Source: Toensbergia leucococca
Lineage: Eukaryota
NCBI GenBank assembly: GCA_022813965.1
Contig: JALDZS010000070.1
Span: 1-64,000, forward strand
Reading direction: 5' to 3'
Length of the DNA stretch: 64,000 bases
Positions 13,317-25,916 of this stretch are shown one piece after another. How positions within the stretch are numbered: position 1 is the first letter of the stretch; each line of letters starts with the position of its first letter. The position numbers and the translations under genes are program-made. The notes beneath the pieces are model-generated. The model was given only the letters and a program-made list of their open reading frames with translations. It was not told where the DNA came from and did no database searches.

Positions 13317-14714
13317 TCATATGTCCCTAGCAAACATTGATAATCTGTTCTTCCTCCTTAACGTTCCACCGCCTCGTGGAGTCGGCGTTAGCACTCGAGG
13401 ATCCGCGTCGTCTTTAACGTCGTCGGGTAAATCCCAAGGAGCCGAAGCCCCACCTTTCAAGCTCATTCCCAACCCAAGTCTGTCACGCGATGAGTTGGTT
13501 CTTTTTACGCACTCCGCTTCAACATTCAAAAGGTGAGATGACGAAGGAGGCCTCGGAGCGGGCATACTTTTGCGGTTCCTCTGATCCTTTTTCAATATTG
13601 ACGGTGGCGTAGCAATTTCCCGTGATGCTTTATTTGACGCCATCTGCGTGCTTTGGACGACGCAGGACTTTGTCCTGCGCTTCGCTGTGACAGGAGGACC
13701 AAGGATATTAGATCCAGAAGATCGGAGGATCACCTTTTCCAAAGAAGGTTGGTTCCGGAGTACCGAAGCGAGCGGATTTTCTTTGGAGTCTAGCTGAAAC
13801 TGCAGAAAAGACAAGCGTTCAGCGGCAGATGGCGCTAGAGGTACGACAGGTGACTCCGCTGCGACAACGGGAGACAAGAGTGTCTTTCGAATAGGGGGCC
13901 CAGTGTAAGTGGAACTGGACGTAAGCCTCTCCCCGAGATATTCGCCTGGTATGGCCGGTGGCTTCGGAATGTCTGATAGAACAAATGGTACGAGGTCTGG
14001 AATACCGTTTGTCGAGGATGATTTAACAGAGCTACCTTCAGAACTGGGACAATCCTTAGCCTCGCTCCTACTTAAGACACTGGTGCTTGAGACATTGCTA
14101 CTCTCAAGATTGAGAGGGCCACCAATGCTGGCCGGATCGCTAACGAAACCATGGAACCCAAGAACCCGACCTCTGCGATAACATTCACCAGTCGGCGCCG
14201 CAAGACCTATCGAAGGTATTGGATTGGATTGGGAAGCTTCTGACCTCGAGGAGCGGGTGGAATGACTGCGCACTATGAACGAATGCCGGTTTGCTCTCTC
14301 CTTTTCTCTCTCTCTCTCCTCGCGTGTTGGCGGTACGCCATCCCATTTTGAATTGACCTTTGGTACAGTCGGAGGCAGCTTTGCAGACGAGACGCCAGGC
14401 ATCCCGACTGCGACAATTCGACCATCTCGCTTAGGGGTCTGTTTCCGTATGAATTCCTGGTACTCGAGTAAAGCTTGGTTTGAAGGCTCTTTTACGCCGA
14501 AAAAGTCAAAGAGAGAAGCTCCGCGTTTCTTGGGTGGCTTTGTAGGGGTTTTGGGTAGCAGAGAAGAAGGACTGTCTGCTGGAGATGATCTCAGGCTCAT
14601 AGGACTCCATGTATCAGGTATTGTTCTAGGTGAGCGTGGAGATGAGTACAGATCGGAGTGTGGAGGCGAAGTTGGAGCGGCAGAGATGGTCACGGGGGAT
14701 ATTTCAGTGGTCAT
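13317..14714 (-). CDS. Hypothetical Ser/Pro-rich fungal protein; the start may lie further upstream
   Basis: 465-aa ORF, mostly low complexity, with ordered blocks LFDFFGVKEPSNQALLEY and KLPPTVPKVNSKWDGVP. The frame stays open upstream of 14714. Confidence 0.65.
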   Translation of the reverse strand: MTTEISPVTISAAPTSPPHSDLYSSPRSPRTIPDTWSPMSLRSSPADSPSSLLPKTPTKPPKKRGASLFDFFGVKEPSNQALLEYQEFIRKQTPKRDGRIVAVGMPGVSSAKLPPTVPKVNSKWDGVPPTREEREREKERANRHSFIVRSHSTRSSRSEASQSNPIPSIGLAAPTGECYRRGRVLGFHGFVSDPASIGGPLNLESSNVSSTSVLSRSEAKDCPSSEGSSVKSSSTNGIPDLVPFVLSDIPKPPAIPGEYLGERLTSSSTYTGPPIRKTLLSPVVAAESPVVPLAPSAAERLSFLQFQLDSKENPLASVLRNQPSLEKVILRSSGSNILGPPVTAKRRTKSCVVQSTQMASNKASREIATPPSILKKDQRNRKSMPAPRPPSSSHLLNVEAECVKRTNSSRDRLGLGMSLKGGASAPWDLPDDVKDDADPRVLTPTPRGGGTLRRKNRLSMFARDI

Positions 14715-16255
14715 CTTGCTGGCTGATGGTAGAGATGCGTTACTGGCAGGAACAGGCGTAACAGATCGAATTGAGAGTCTAGGGCTGACTTGCGATCAAG
14801 ACTGCCGATGGACGGCCAACATAGTCTACTCGTACAAAGATGGCATTTCTGCCAACAGACCAGACCAAGTCTCCAGCCGCAGCAGTTCTACATGGACAAG
14901 AATATAAGATGCATCAGTGAAATGTCTCTTGCCGCCGGAGATGGGCACGTCGGGAAGGCCAACTTGACCTGCAGAGGGAAAGTTTAGAGAGATGGCAAGA
15001 TTAGGCTCTTGAAAGCGTAAACCGAGGACAGTTTGTTAGCCACTTCACTAGCCTATCAAGCAGGCGACTTTTGAATTGAAATATCTAGGTAGTCGTCATT
15101 CGTTGCAATTGGATAAGACAAATGATTCCTGAGTGCTTGCTTGGCCGACGTTACGTGCAGTCACTAGGAAAATTTCCCCGTGCGACGATCCCTAGGATTG
15201 AGGCATGCTGGTGGCTCGTACATGCATAGATAACCGGCGGGACGATGGTAGATGGGAAGCTGACGAGTGACGAGTGACAGTGGTCCAGCCGAGGACGATC
15301 AGCAGGCCTTTGAGTTCTTCCTTAGGTACTCCGTAGGCAAAGAGTAAAGATTAAGTAGAGTTAGTTTGTTTCAAATGTGAAGAATCCGAGGCTAAGTTGT
15401 ACAGTAGAACTAGGCAGACTCGGCAGATGGTGAGAGTATTTCGTAGCTGAGATCATCAGGGGAAATGTTGGTTTTATTTGTCTTTGGAATAGAATGTCAT
15501 AGTCTTCCCCACCATCTTGCAAAGCGAATGAATTTATTGTCAATTATTCCGTATACATGGCGACTGGAATTATTGACGAATAATCATCATTTGATTAGAA
15601 TATTCCAACAGTGCAACCAATAATCATGACCGAAAGTAGTAGCTCGTCCCTACGGATAGGACTAGTCCATGTGGCAAGATTTGTATTTGGACGGATTTCC
15701 TGCCTAGATCTGAGTTAAGCCAATCATTTCATCTGTTCCGTGCTCCAATATGGAGTCAGCCAGCCCATGCGTCGTGGCGCTGTTTAGCCTGCCGCCACGC
15801 TTTTCCCCAACATCATAACACGCCTCGTGGAGTTGTACTCGTAAGCCGTGCCATCTAGAACTTGTGATGATGTGAGCTGCTTCACCTTTCCGCTTCCCAG
15901 TTGATGCATCTAAGTCTCGTATGTCAAACACACGGCACTCGCCGGGTACTATTTCATCAGGTAGTTATCTGTTGTTGTCGATAGCTAGGAATTATGTGTT
16001 GTGCAAATCCGCCCAAATAGACTAGGTAATTGATCCTTGGCAACTTCGATGTGATCCGAAACCCTCAGCACCACGATAATTATCCCAATATTGTGGCCAT
16101 TCCGATTTTGAATCCGTCACTGCCTGAATTGTGAGCAGACCATTTCACACCGAATCGAGAATGCCTCAAGCATATGTAAGGTACACATATTCCGGTAATG
16201 CGCTAGAAGCCTAGATCACCATTACACGTCACATCACCAACCCACCATACTGGCC

Positions 16256-17008
16256 ATGCCTGCATTACCTCCTTTGACTATGCCGAACGAGGAGACGCCT
16301 GACCACCATGTTATGGAGGGATCAGTATCTCCCACCGCTCCGCCATATTCGCCAATAACACCCGTCTTTTCTTCCACCACACTACCTGACAACCATTCTG
16401 GGTACCAAGTCGCCCCTCCTCCACTGCCCCCAAGGCTGCCTTCACCAGTTCCTATATCTGACAGTGACAATCCTGATGCCATAGCGCTACGTTCAGCTAT
16501 CTCCATCCTACAAATACAAAGACAACAAAGTCTACAAGATCTGAAGATCTTGGAAAAACAGAAGCGGACCGCTGTGGCAGACCCAAAGAATTTTGCGAAG
16601 GCCATCGCAGCTGGAAAGATCAAATCTGTACCTACAGGAGAACTCGTCGTTGTACGAGCCCTAGAGGACCAGCAAGCAGACGCCGCAGACGATAGTCAAA
16701 TTATACAGATTGACACGGATGATGCAAAATCTCCAGCTTGGGATGCCTCCAGCTTTGGCAAAATACCGGGGCCGCAGAATATTGTGCGTTGTCCCCCAAT
16801 CAATTGGGCAAAGTACCATGTTGTTGGAGATTCTTTGGATAAGTTGCATGACGAGCAGGTTTTACGGCCTACATCTGGACAACCTCGTAAGGATTCAGAG
16901 CTCACAAGGGCTTCGGAACATGTCGTAGCCTCTCCGTATAGGCCTTTCGTCGACAAAGTGCCAGATCCCCCAATGCGGACCAGGAGCGTCTCGAAGAAGG
17001 AGCTCTGA
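16256..17008 (+). CDS. Hypothetical protein, conserved-looking fungal family
   Basis: 250-aa ORF with a Pro-rich N-terminus, a coiled segment NPDAIALRSAISILQIQRQQ and the block IPGPQNIVRCPPINWAKYHVVG. Confidence 0.7.
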   Translation: MPALPPLTMPNEETPDHHVMEGSVSPTAPPYSPITPVFSSTTLPDNHSGYQVAPPPLPPRLPSPVPISDSDNPDAIALRSAISILQIQRQQSLQDLKILEKQKRTAVADPKNFAKAIAAGKIKSVPTGELVVVRALEDQQADAADDSQIIQIDTDDAKSPAWDASSFGKIPGPQNIVRCPPINWAKYHVVGDSLDKLHDEQVLRPTSGQPRKDSELTRASEHVVASPYRPFVDKVPDPPMRTRSVSKKEL

Positions 17009-18283
17009 AATTATGCCAGTCGTGCTTTGAAGTTGTTCGAGGCTTCAACACCAGAAATATGATGGACATCAGATTTGGCCGGAACACACAACAGCCACAT
17101 TCAACACATTGGAGAATACATTGAGGGAGACTTGCATATTATATCGAAGGCATGTTCTGAAAGACTACTCTGAAGCTGAATTCTCAAGCTGGCATTTGGT
17201 AGGTGAGGTACAATTTTCCTGGATTTGGTCATTCCCAAGATTGCGATGGCTACTCACGCAAGGCACCTAGAAGTAGATTATACATGATGCTGGACTTGGC
17301 ATGGTTTCATCATGACTGACTTGGAAATGGTGGTCGACCGGCCACCTATTCGATTGACTGAACGAGTTGCCACGTGAGAATATCCCCATATGAGAGGCGC
17401 GATAGCTACCTACCTATGACATCATATTCACTAGCGCCATGGAAAGCAAGATGATGAGGAGAGCACGAAAGCATACGAGAGAGTGGGGGGCACTCTATAC
17501 TTAGCACGAGCAAGAACAATAGCAGGCAACATGCATATCGCACCTGCCGAAGTGGCCGGTCATGTGAGTGCCAATTCTTCGATGATGCATATAACAGTGC
17601 AAACCGGCCCCTTTTTCATTTACTCTCGATACTGCATGAAGTGTTATCTAAGTACGGAGTACACGCAACTCATGTCTTACGTATCGATCGCACCATGTTG
17701 TGGGGAGCATGTGTTGAGCAAGAATGGCGTTAGTCAACAGTGTATTCGTCAGAAGACTGGCTCAATCTAGAGAGTGGGATTGTGGTCGGAATGTTGTTGA
17801 TTAGGTTCATTCGACGGGCCTTTCGGTATGCCGGGCCGCAGACAATAAAGCAAGCTTGTCAAGCTTGTGGCGCATTCTCCGATCCACAATTTGCTAGGCC
17901 GTGGGTTGACCCTGAACTTTGTGCCTCGACTGGGAGAGATTGCAGGTGGCCTTACAGGGGATCCCCAGATACTATACCGGTGATGGTCTTGATTGGTGTG
18001 CCCGACATATCAAACGGGGGTTGTCTGTGATGGCGCTAAATCCCATGGAAGCAGCCCTAAACCTTGATCCTGAAACTTAATGACCCGATTGCACTTGGAT
18101 CTCCATACTACTCCACTCTAACTTTTCTTCGTGCCACTCGTGCTACGGCTTGTACCATGTCATTATCGTTGCATAGCATGGACTTTTATCTATTGCATGT
18201 CTAAACCTTCCAGTCATCTACATACTCAATCTCTTCTTCTCGGCAGCCCAGATATCTGTTTTTTTGTCATACTTCTTTTCAAC

Positions 18284-20247
18284 ATGAAATACCCTCTTAC
18301 GTTTTTTGGCATCGCTACTGCCACTTTGATTAGTGCTCAATCTGTCAATGATCTGCCCAGCTGCTCGGTATCTTCAATTCTCAATTCTATGCATCACTAG
18401 ACCATACTAAGACTTATACAGCTCAGTTGCTTCAACAGTGCCGTGGCCGCTAGCAGTTGCGCTGCTGCTGATTATCGTTGCCAGTGCACGACTGGCAAGA
18501 CCGTCATTACGAACTCCGTCACCCCTTGCTTGGTCGCATCCTGCCCAGCCTCTGACCTTCAAGGTAAGCATTTGCTGGCTTCTAAATGCCAAGGACTCGG
18601 CTGAACAAAATTTCATAGACATCCAAAAGATCGTTAATGGTATTTGTGCTTCCGCGACTGCCTCCTCGTCTGGAACGATTAGCGTTCCAACTTCAGTCGC
18701 CAGTGAAGCTCCCTCTTCAACACCATTATCCTCCTCACAAGCCAGTAGCACGGCTTCTTTCAATGCTGCCGCAGCTTCAGCGTCGGCGCAGTCGGTGTCT
18801 GACGCCTTGGGATCATCTTACGGAGGCACAAATTGGCAGCACGCCAACTACGGCGTTTCAGCAGGCAGCAGGGGGCCTGCTTTCGAGGCGGTCTCAATTA
18901 CGCTTTTCATTATAGCATTCCTTGTTGTTGCGTTTAGGTAAGTTCCGAAATATGATATCGAAATTCATGGGACCTACTGATAGAAGTTCCCAGATTATAT
19001 GCTCGCGTGCGAACCCAACGTCTGCGGCAAACTACTAGAGCCTGGGGCACCGACGAGTTTCTTGCTGTTGTAGCTCTGGTATGTGACTCCTTTGTATTTT
19101 GGAGGACTTGGAATGACTGACATGGTTAGATCTTGTCTGCCGGAGTTACTGCAACAGTAATAATTGGGGTACATGATGGCATGGGGAAACATTTAGCTTT
19201 TCAATCAGCTAATAAACTTGTAGCAACAATCAAGGTGCGCTTTCTCTTGTCGTTGTTTTTGAATCTATTACTGACATGCTGTGGATCAAGGTTATATATG
19301 CATTCACCATTCTTGTCATTCTGAGTCTCGGCGCGTTGAAAATAAGTATACTCTGCCTGTATCTACGCATGACGCCGTCAGAAACACATCGATTAGCGAT
19401 ATTCATTATGATGGGTGTTGTCGTATCTCACAACCTCACAGCTTTATTTGTAAGTAATTATCAACCTATTCTTGTACAAGGGCTAACTTGCGAAGGGGTC
19501 TGCTTTTCAATGCACGCCGCTTTCGGACTACTGGAACCTTGAAAAGCAAGTCGCCAAAACGGCACACTGCATTAGAATTCTCGACTTTCAAATATTCAAC
19601 AGCGCTTTCGATGTTTTGGAAAATTTAGTGATATGGCTTATGCCAATCCCAGTCATCAGAAATCTGAAAGTTCCCAGGGAAAGAAAAGGTCAGTCTTGCA
19701 GAGTTGAGTGGTGGCACGTGCACCACATACTCTTGTACTTGCACGTTGCCTGTACCAATCAGATTCAAGCTACAATCCGTAAAAGTCAATCCACTAACGT
19801 ATCGCAGCGGGACTCTGCGGCCTCGTCGCCCTCAGCATCATCCCAGTAATTGCCTCTCTAGTCCGCCTAAATGCATTCATAATTTGGATCAACTCGGATG
19901 ACATCTCCTGGAATTTTGCTCTCATTCCCTTCCTCTCCTCCATCGAAGTATGCATCGCCCTCGTCACCTCCTCCGTCCCGGCCATATACCCCTTGTTCCG
20001 TAACTCTCCAGCTGGTGCGTCGCAGCATGGCTACCCTAAACTCCGCTCCTCGACGGGTGAAGACAAAGAGCGCCAAAGTAACAGTGTTCAGTCTTCGGAG
20101 CTACCAAAAAGTTCGTCGCTGGGTGGTACGTCGGCAAATTGGCCACTTGGGGCTCCCGGGAGACAGGATGACTTGGATGTTGGAGGCAGGGGGTGGAGGC
20201 CGTCGGCTGAGCAGTGGGCTTCATTCTTTTCAAGGAGGAAAAGGTGA
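18284..20247 (+). CDS. CFEM-domain PTH11-like integral membrane protein (fungal rhodopsin-domain GPCR-like), many short exons
   Basis: Signal peptide MKYPLTFFGIATATLISAQ. After splicing, CFEM reads LPSCSLSCFNSAVAASSCAAADYRCQC..VTPCLVASC. Rhodopsin-domain motifs GMGKH, KISILCLYLR, FQCTPLSDYW, LMPIPVIRNLK, IEVCIALVTSSVPAIYPLF. Confidence 0.85.
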
Positions 20248-21619
20248 GGGGTTTTGTGTGAGGTTTTCTCTTATGGGCGCAACTTTATGGATATGGGGAG
20301 GGATGCTTTGCATTTTGCTGCCTTGGTATAGATTACGCGTGGGAAAGCGAGGTCGTTCCGGGTTGGGCTGGGGGGGGGGCGGGCTGGTTTTTTTCGGTGT
20401 GGAGTTTTGGGGAGGCAATTTTTGTCTGATTGTGAAATGTACGGTTTTTGTTTTCTTGGTTTCTGCAAAGAAGGGAGTTTTTACTTTTCTTTCTTTGGGG
20501 GAATGGAAGACGGGGGTTTTCTTTTGTAGTCACGTATATAGATTTTTTTTTTTTCAATAAATGCACATATACACGAGTGACACTTTCAGTTTTCTCTTTT
20601 GAGTGTTTTATGTTTTTTTTGTTTCCTCGATGAACTTTAGGGTTTTTTTTGATGTTATTACTTTTGGTGGGCGCTGAAGAGAGTATCAAATTTTGTGTGT
20701 GTTTTCACATAGTTTGGCTTTTTTTTTTTTTTTTGGTGCCCCGTCTGTTCTGTAGAAGAGGAGCCGGAAGTATGTATGTATGGTTCTTATGCTTCAATCC
20801 AGCCACCATTCCAGTCCCCCTAGAATAATTCTGCTGTACGAGTCGTTGGTACGCCCCAAAGCGACTAGGTATCTGGGTCCAGCTGGGCTCACCGGCTTCA
20901 GAACTAGGTAGGTGAGTCATCAGCGACAGCGACTCAAAGTCCTTGCTTTCTTCCGTGACCTCATAGCGGGCATATTCTACCTCTACCAATTTATCTTCAT
21001 CAGGAAATTTAACTGTGTCTCTCATTACGCCAACATAAGCAACTGCTGGAATCGGGCATTTCGGAAAGATCTCTCTTATTTGAGGGGTTAAGAGATAGGA
21101 GTTTCTGATGCTGATGCTGGGGTTGTGGCGAGATGTGGTTTTTTATAATGATGATGATGGTGGAAGGGGTGAGGTGGGTTTTTTTGGATATGAATGGATG
21201 TTGTTTGGGGATTGGTAGGGAGGTAGGTGGATTTGAGGGGATTGGTGCCGTTTTTGCGAAAAGTGAAAAATGTATACATACGATGGGAATGAGCTGATAG
21301 AATGAAGGGAGCCGTCAATCCCGCCCCCCAACCCAAAAAGCTGGCTCACAACAAAAAAAAAATAAAAGAAGAGATATAGTAGCTGTAGACATAGTAAAAC
21401 ATACCCCAACCCAACCCACCTCCCCTCCCTTCCCCTCCCCTCCCCCACCCTCCCCCACCAAACCCCTCACCCCCAAACCCCCCCCCCAAAATCATCCATC
21501 TCCCACCCACACCAACGGCGCCAAACCCCCCCCCCTCCAAAAAAAACGCACCAGCTCATGCAGCAGCACCCCAACTTAATCCCAATCAAGCCTCGCTCCC
21601 TGGCCACAAAGCGCCTTCA

Positions 21620-22111
21620 TCAGCACTTCGGCTCGACATGGCTTGGAAGGGTCCCGAAAAGCTGGGGGGGGAGGGGGGGGGGTGGGGGGTGGTGATAGGA
21701 TTGGTAAGGGGGTGGTAAGGATTGATCTCGTCTGGCTAGGAGGGGTTTTTTGGGGGGGCTGGGAGGGGTGGTGGTGATAGGCTCGGGTTGTTGTTGGGGG
21801 GAGTTGTGGGGGATGGGAAGGGGGTGGGAGAGTTGGTGGTGGGGTTTATGCGCGGGTGGTTGTGGGGACTGGCTGGTGGCTGTGATGCTGGGGGTAGCGT
21901 AATGGTTCCGTTTTCGCGGTGTTTTTGAGGATGGAGGGCGGGGATGGAGGGGGTGGGGGTGGTGTTGTTTGGAGAAGTGGGGGAAGGCGGGGGTGTGGGA
22001 TGTGGGATGTGGTGGTGGTGTCTGTCTGGGAGAGATGGGTGGAGGAGTGTGTTGGAGGTTTATGACCTGGGTAGCAGTCTCTTGTTGAATAGAGGCTGCT
22101 GTAGACGACAT
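21620..22111 (-). other. Pro/His-rich low-complexity ORF, doubtful gene
   Basis: 163-aa ORF in a C-rich (minus strand) tract followed by a G/T-rich tail. No recognisable domain, and homopolymer runs make the frame unreliable. Confidence 0.2.
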
Positions 22112-25100
22112 TGGGAGGGGCTGGGTTGAGACTGGATTGAAATGTGGATTTGGGTTATTTTAACGTTTTTGTAGAGATTGAGTAGGAGGAACTGGTGTGT
22201 TGAAAGTCATGAATTGCGAGCATATGCTGGATATCATTGTGCCAGCCTTCAATTGCATATCTTTTTCGTTTTTTCAGCTGCCTCTCGATCAATGGGCCGA
22301 TTGGCATCCTAAAAGCGATTGAACGACGGGAGGTAATATTGTTTATTTGTGTGAAATAAATCAGAATGATAAGTTCACCTGAGAAGCACGATCGTGACAA
22401 TGAACGCTGTGGCCGGCTGTCCTACCATAGAGAACGAGGATCTATCTGACGAGATGACGATGAGATGATAGTAAATAGATAGATAGACGTGGGACTTGGA
22501 TACCTAATCCGAGGCGGATATGGCACTTCGAACGTCAGTCTCACACAGTCTCTAGACTAAGCGCCACGGCGACAGGCGACGGGGGAGCGAAGAAGTGTAG
22601 CAGCTGAGACAGGCATTGGAAAGACGCAGTCATTTTACAGCAAATGATGGCTATGGGAATCAAAGGCTGTTTTGGTCTTTTCGGTAGAGTCTGATAGCTG
22701 GCTGAGGTGGCCTGATCGCGATGCAGCACCACTCGAGCATTGCATCTGCTTTGTACCGAGTGTTTGTGAGCACGCTGCGACTATAAAGATAATAAGGACT
22801 AGTGTAATGAGGTCAAGCCAAGGTATTGATCTATAAGTACATCAAGTAGAACATAGGGGGTTGATTTCAAAATGGTTTGTAGTCTTATTTTTGTAGAAGC
22901 CTTTTGCCAAGTTAAATATTGTAACGAGAATGAAAAACAAGAAAATAAACAGCACAATGTTATAATGAGATGTGTTCTCTCAGCAGCAATAACAGAAGAG
23001 ACGGTATACTGGTATCATTTTTCGGAACCCACTTCAGTTCCTACTTTATGTAGGCACATGGAGAGGAAGTGCACTGTTCCTAACCATTCTCATTCTCATT
23101 CTTCTTCTTCTTTCTAACGTTGAATATTTGGATGGAGGGAGATTGGATACAGGCCTTGTTGTTTTTCATTCTTCCGTTTGTCTGGTTGTTTGCCTTCAAT
23201 ATAAAAGTGGTATTATATGAGAGGGAACACTAGTGCAGAAAGGTACGGTTGGGTTGACTGTGTGTGTCTTCGTGAGTTAGGTTCAGAATTCGATATGTAT
23301 GGAATAGGAGGTTCTTGTGGCTGATTGCACATGATCTACAAATCGAGTGCTGGATGGAACCGAGGACGGAGGATGGCTCTCTCCATACGGGCCTGCAGTA
23401 TCGACGAGTCTGTCAAGGAAAATGGAAGTGGGCTGCTTTGCATTCGATAGTAAATTTGATACGTTGGTGACGTCTGGGGCACTGATCAGTGTCTTTTATT
23501 AGGAAAGACTTCTATCTTGATTGTGTTTCCTTCGTGCTTAGTAGCAGCGAGAGGTTCTCCAGAACGGAAGCGATCGCAGGACGTTATGTGATAGAGATTG
23601 ATATCCCGCTAGATTGGGGTGGTGTTGGAAATGATCGTATATTGCAGTCTTGGTCTCGTAGCGTTGCCTAGATAGGAGCGATACGAGGATAGCGAAGACT
23701 GTAGGAAATGCTTTGTCCTAATTGTAGAGCAACACACGTCTCGTGAAACAACTGGAAATACTCCATTCTCTAAAAGTGACTGCGACACTGCCAAAAGCTC
23801 CTCTCGATGATGAATCAGAATAATACCCTCAGTATACCACTTGTTAGCACTACTCGGCAGTACCACGTCTTCCTCGGCAAGACAGCTATTTCTCCCCTCT
23901 GGAAATGAAGGACGGTAGGGACTCAGGGTTCGATGCCATCCTTTGTTGCACAGAGACTGGGCAATAGCAGTGAAAGGTACGCAAAAGATCATCATTGTCC
24001 CTATTATAACCTGTTACGATTGGAGTTCTTGGACAAAGTATCTTCGCACTGTATCTGAAACTGGGGATTTTCTAGGTCTCTGATCTCGTCACCAAGAAGC
24101 ACGGTGGCTGGTATTGATGATATGAAAGGCCAGTACATCGGTCCCCCGAACCCAGACCAACGATGACGCACCTGGTTTACTGAGCCCCGGCATATCGCCG
24201 GCGGCGATGAGGAATTTATACCTTGTTACGGTCTGAGGTCATGGACAAAGCACTTTGGTACTGGCTCTAACCTGGGGATATTTAATTTATAGGTTCTCTT
24301 TCTTTTTCCCGTTGCCAAGGAACACTCCTCGACTGGAACCTTAGTCGTGAATCACAAGACAAAGTATAATTCTTGAGTGTCTTCTCATTGGTTCGTTGGC
24401 CATTCCTGAAAGTTTCTTAGGAATCATACAGCTAACTGCGTCGACTTAGTATCTCACCATGACGCTGAAGTTATTTATTGGCGGACATCTGCTTTTGGGT
24501 CTGTGATGGTTGTAATATCAGACAAGGAAGTGGCAATGTTCAATGTATTGGATTGGATTTGGTGCCGGAAATTGTAGAGCGTAGGGGAAGTTCACCAGGC
24601 AGAGAAAGAAGCTTGACCTGTAGGATTATCATGATAAAGCACGGGCACTGCGAAGGGATGGAGTATGGATACTTGGATTTGCTAGTAACTTTGGTAGAAA
24701 AGTATGCCCAGTATTTACCAAAATAGGCCCTGTAAATAAGTCAGCTACCATACGAGTAAGTAGACCTCTAAAGTGCCTGAAACAATGGCACAAGCAGCGA
24801 TCAAGCGTAGCCGAAAGACTTTTGAAAAAAAACCTCAGTTCTGGTTGGCAACACCACTGGCCATGTCGCTCTCGCACATCTCACCACTGTTACTCAACCC
24901 ATCACTTCCACAGGTGCCTCCAGTCTCGATGTCTTGAAGTTTGTCTCCAGCATCAACAGCTGACAAACAGCCTCTAACATCAGCAAGAGCGAATCCCTTG
25001 CTACAGCAGCGTTGAAACACAGGTTGAATCTTCCACATGCAGAATGCCTCTTCAATCGGAAATTTCACGAGAATAGGCGTGAGTGGTCATTTGGTGAAAC

Positions 25101-25916
25101 TCATTGTTGAGCAGCATGTCACATGCACTGCCTATGATGGCCTCTTTCCTAGTGCAGCTGGCTGTTGGTATGGAAGAGGTGATAGCAGATGGTGAAAAGT
25201 GAAAAGTGAAAAGTGAAAAGGCGAATGAGGGAGTCAAGGACATGCTTTGAAGTCGTTCTAACAGTGCTAAGGTAGCTCGGTAGCCCTAGTAGTCTAGTAC
25301 AAGCTACCTAGGTAGGTAGGTAGGTAGATGGTAGAATAAGGTACTTAATCTACTAGGCGGATTCGTTCTCGGAAATTATTTCTCGATTCAGTTGATTGGA
25401 TCTTTTGAGGATACAACGTGTCACTGTCGAAACACTTGTCCGTTTGGTGAGAAGATGATGGCTAGTATTCCATGGCTGTTTGACTCCACAATTGGAGAGG
25501 TCTAGATGTTTGCCTGAATACTAGAATTATTTGCAATTGAATAGTTTATTCGCACCTTCGATACACACACTCGAGGTACCGAGGACCTACCAGATACGCT
25601 TCGCTATCTGCGATTGAATGACGCGCAGTAGCCTGAGCACAGGGCGCCAGGACCGAAGGATCGAATGAAAGGAAGCTGCCGATATAATAACGCGGATTTA
25701 TACCTGGAAGTGCGGGGAATGACTGGCGAGAGAAGTCTTCAACCTCGACCTCATATTGTGCTACGTCTCACTCAGCACAATAGCTTGGAGTTCTTCATCT
25801 ATCTCTTTCCCTCATCGTTCTTGTTGCCATGAATACATGAAACTATCAAGCCCTGACTGAACCTCGTTGACTGCATTTGCCCGCTCTCGTCCCATCAAAC
25901 CCTAAAGTAATCTACC

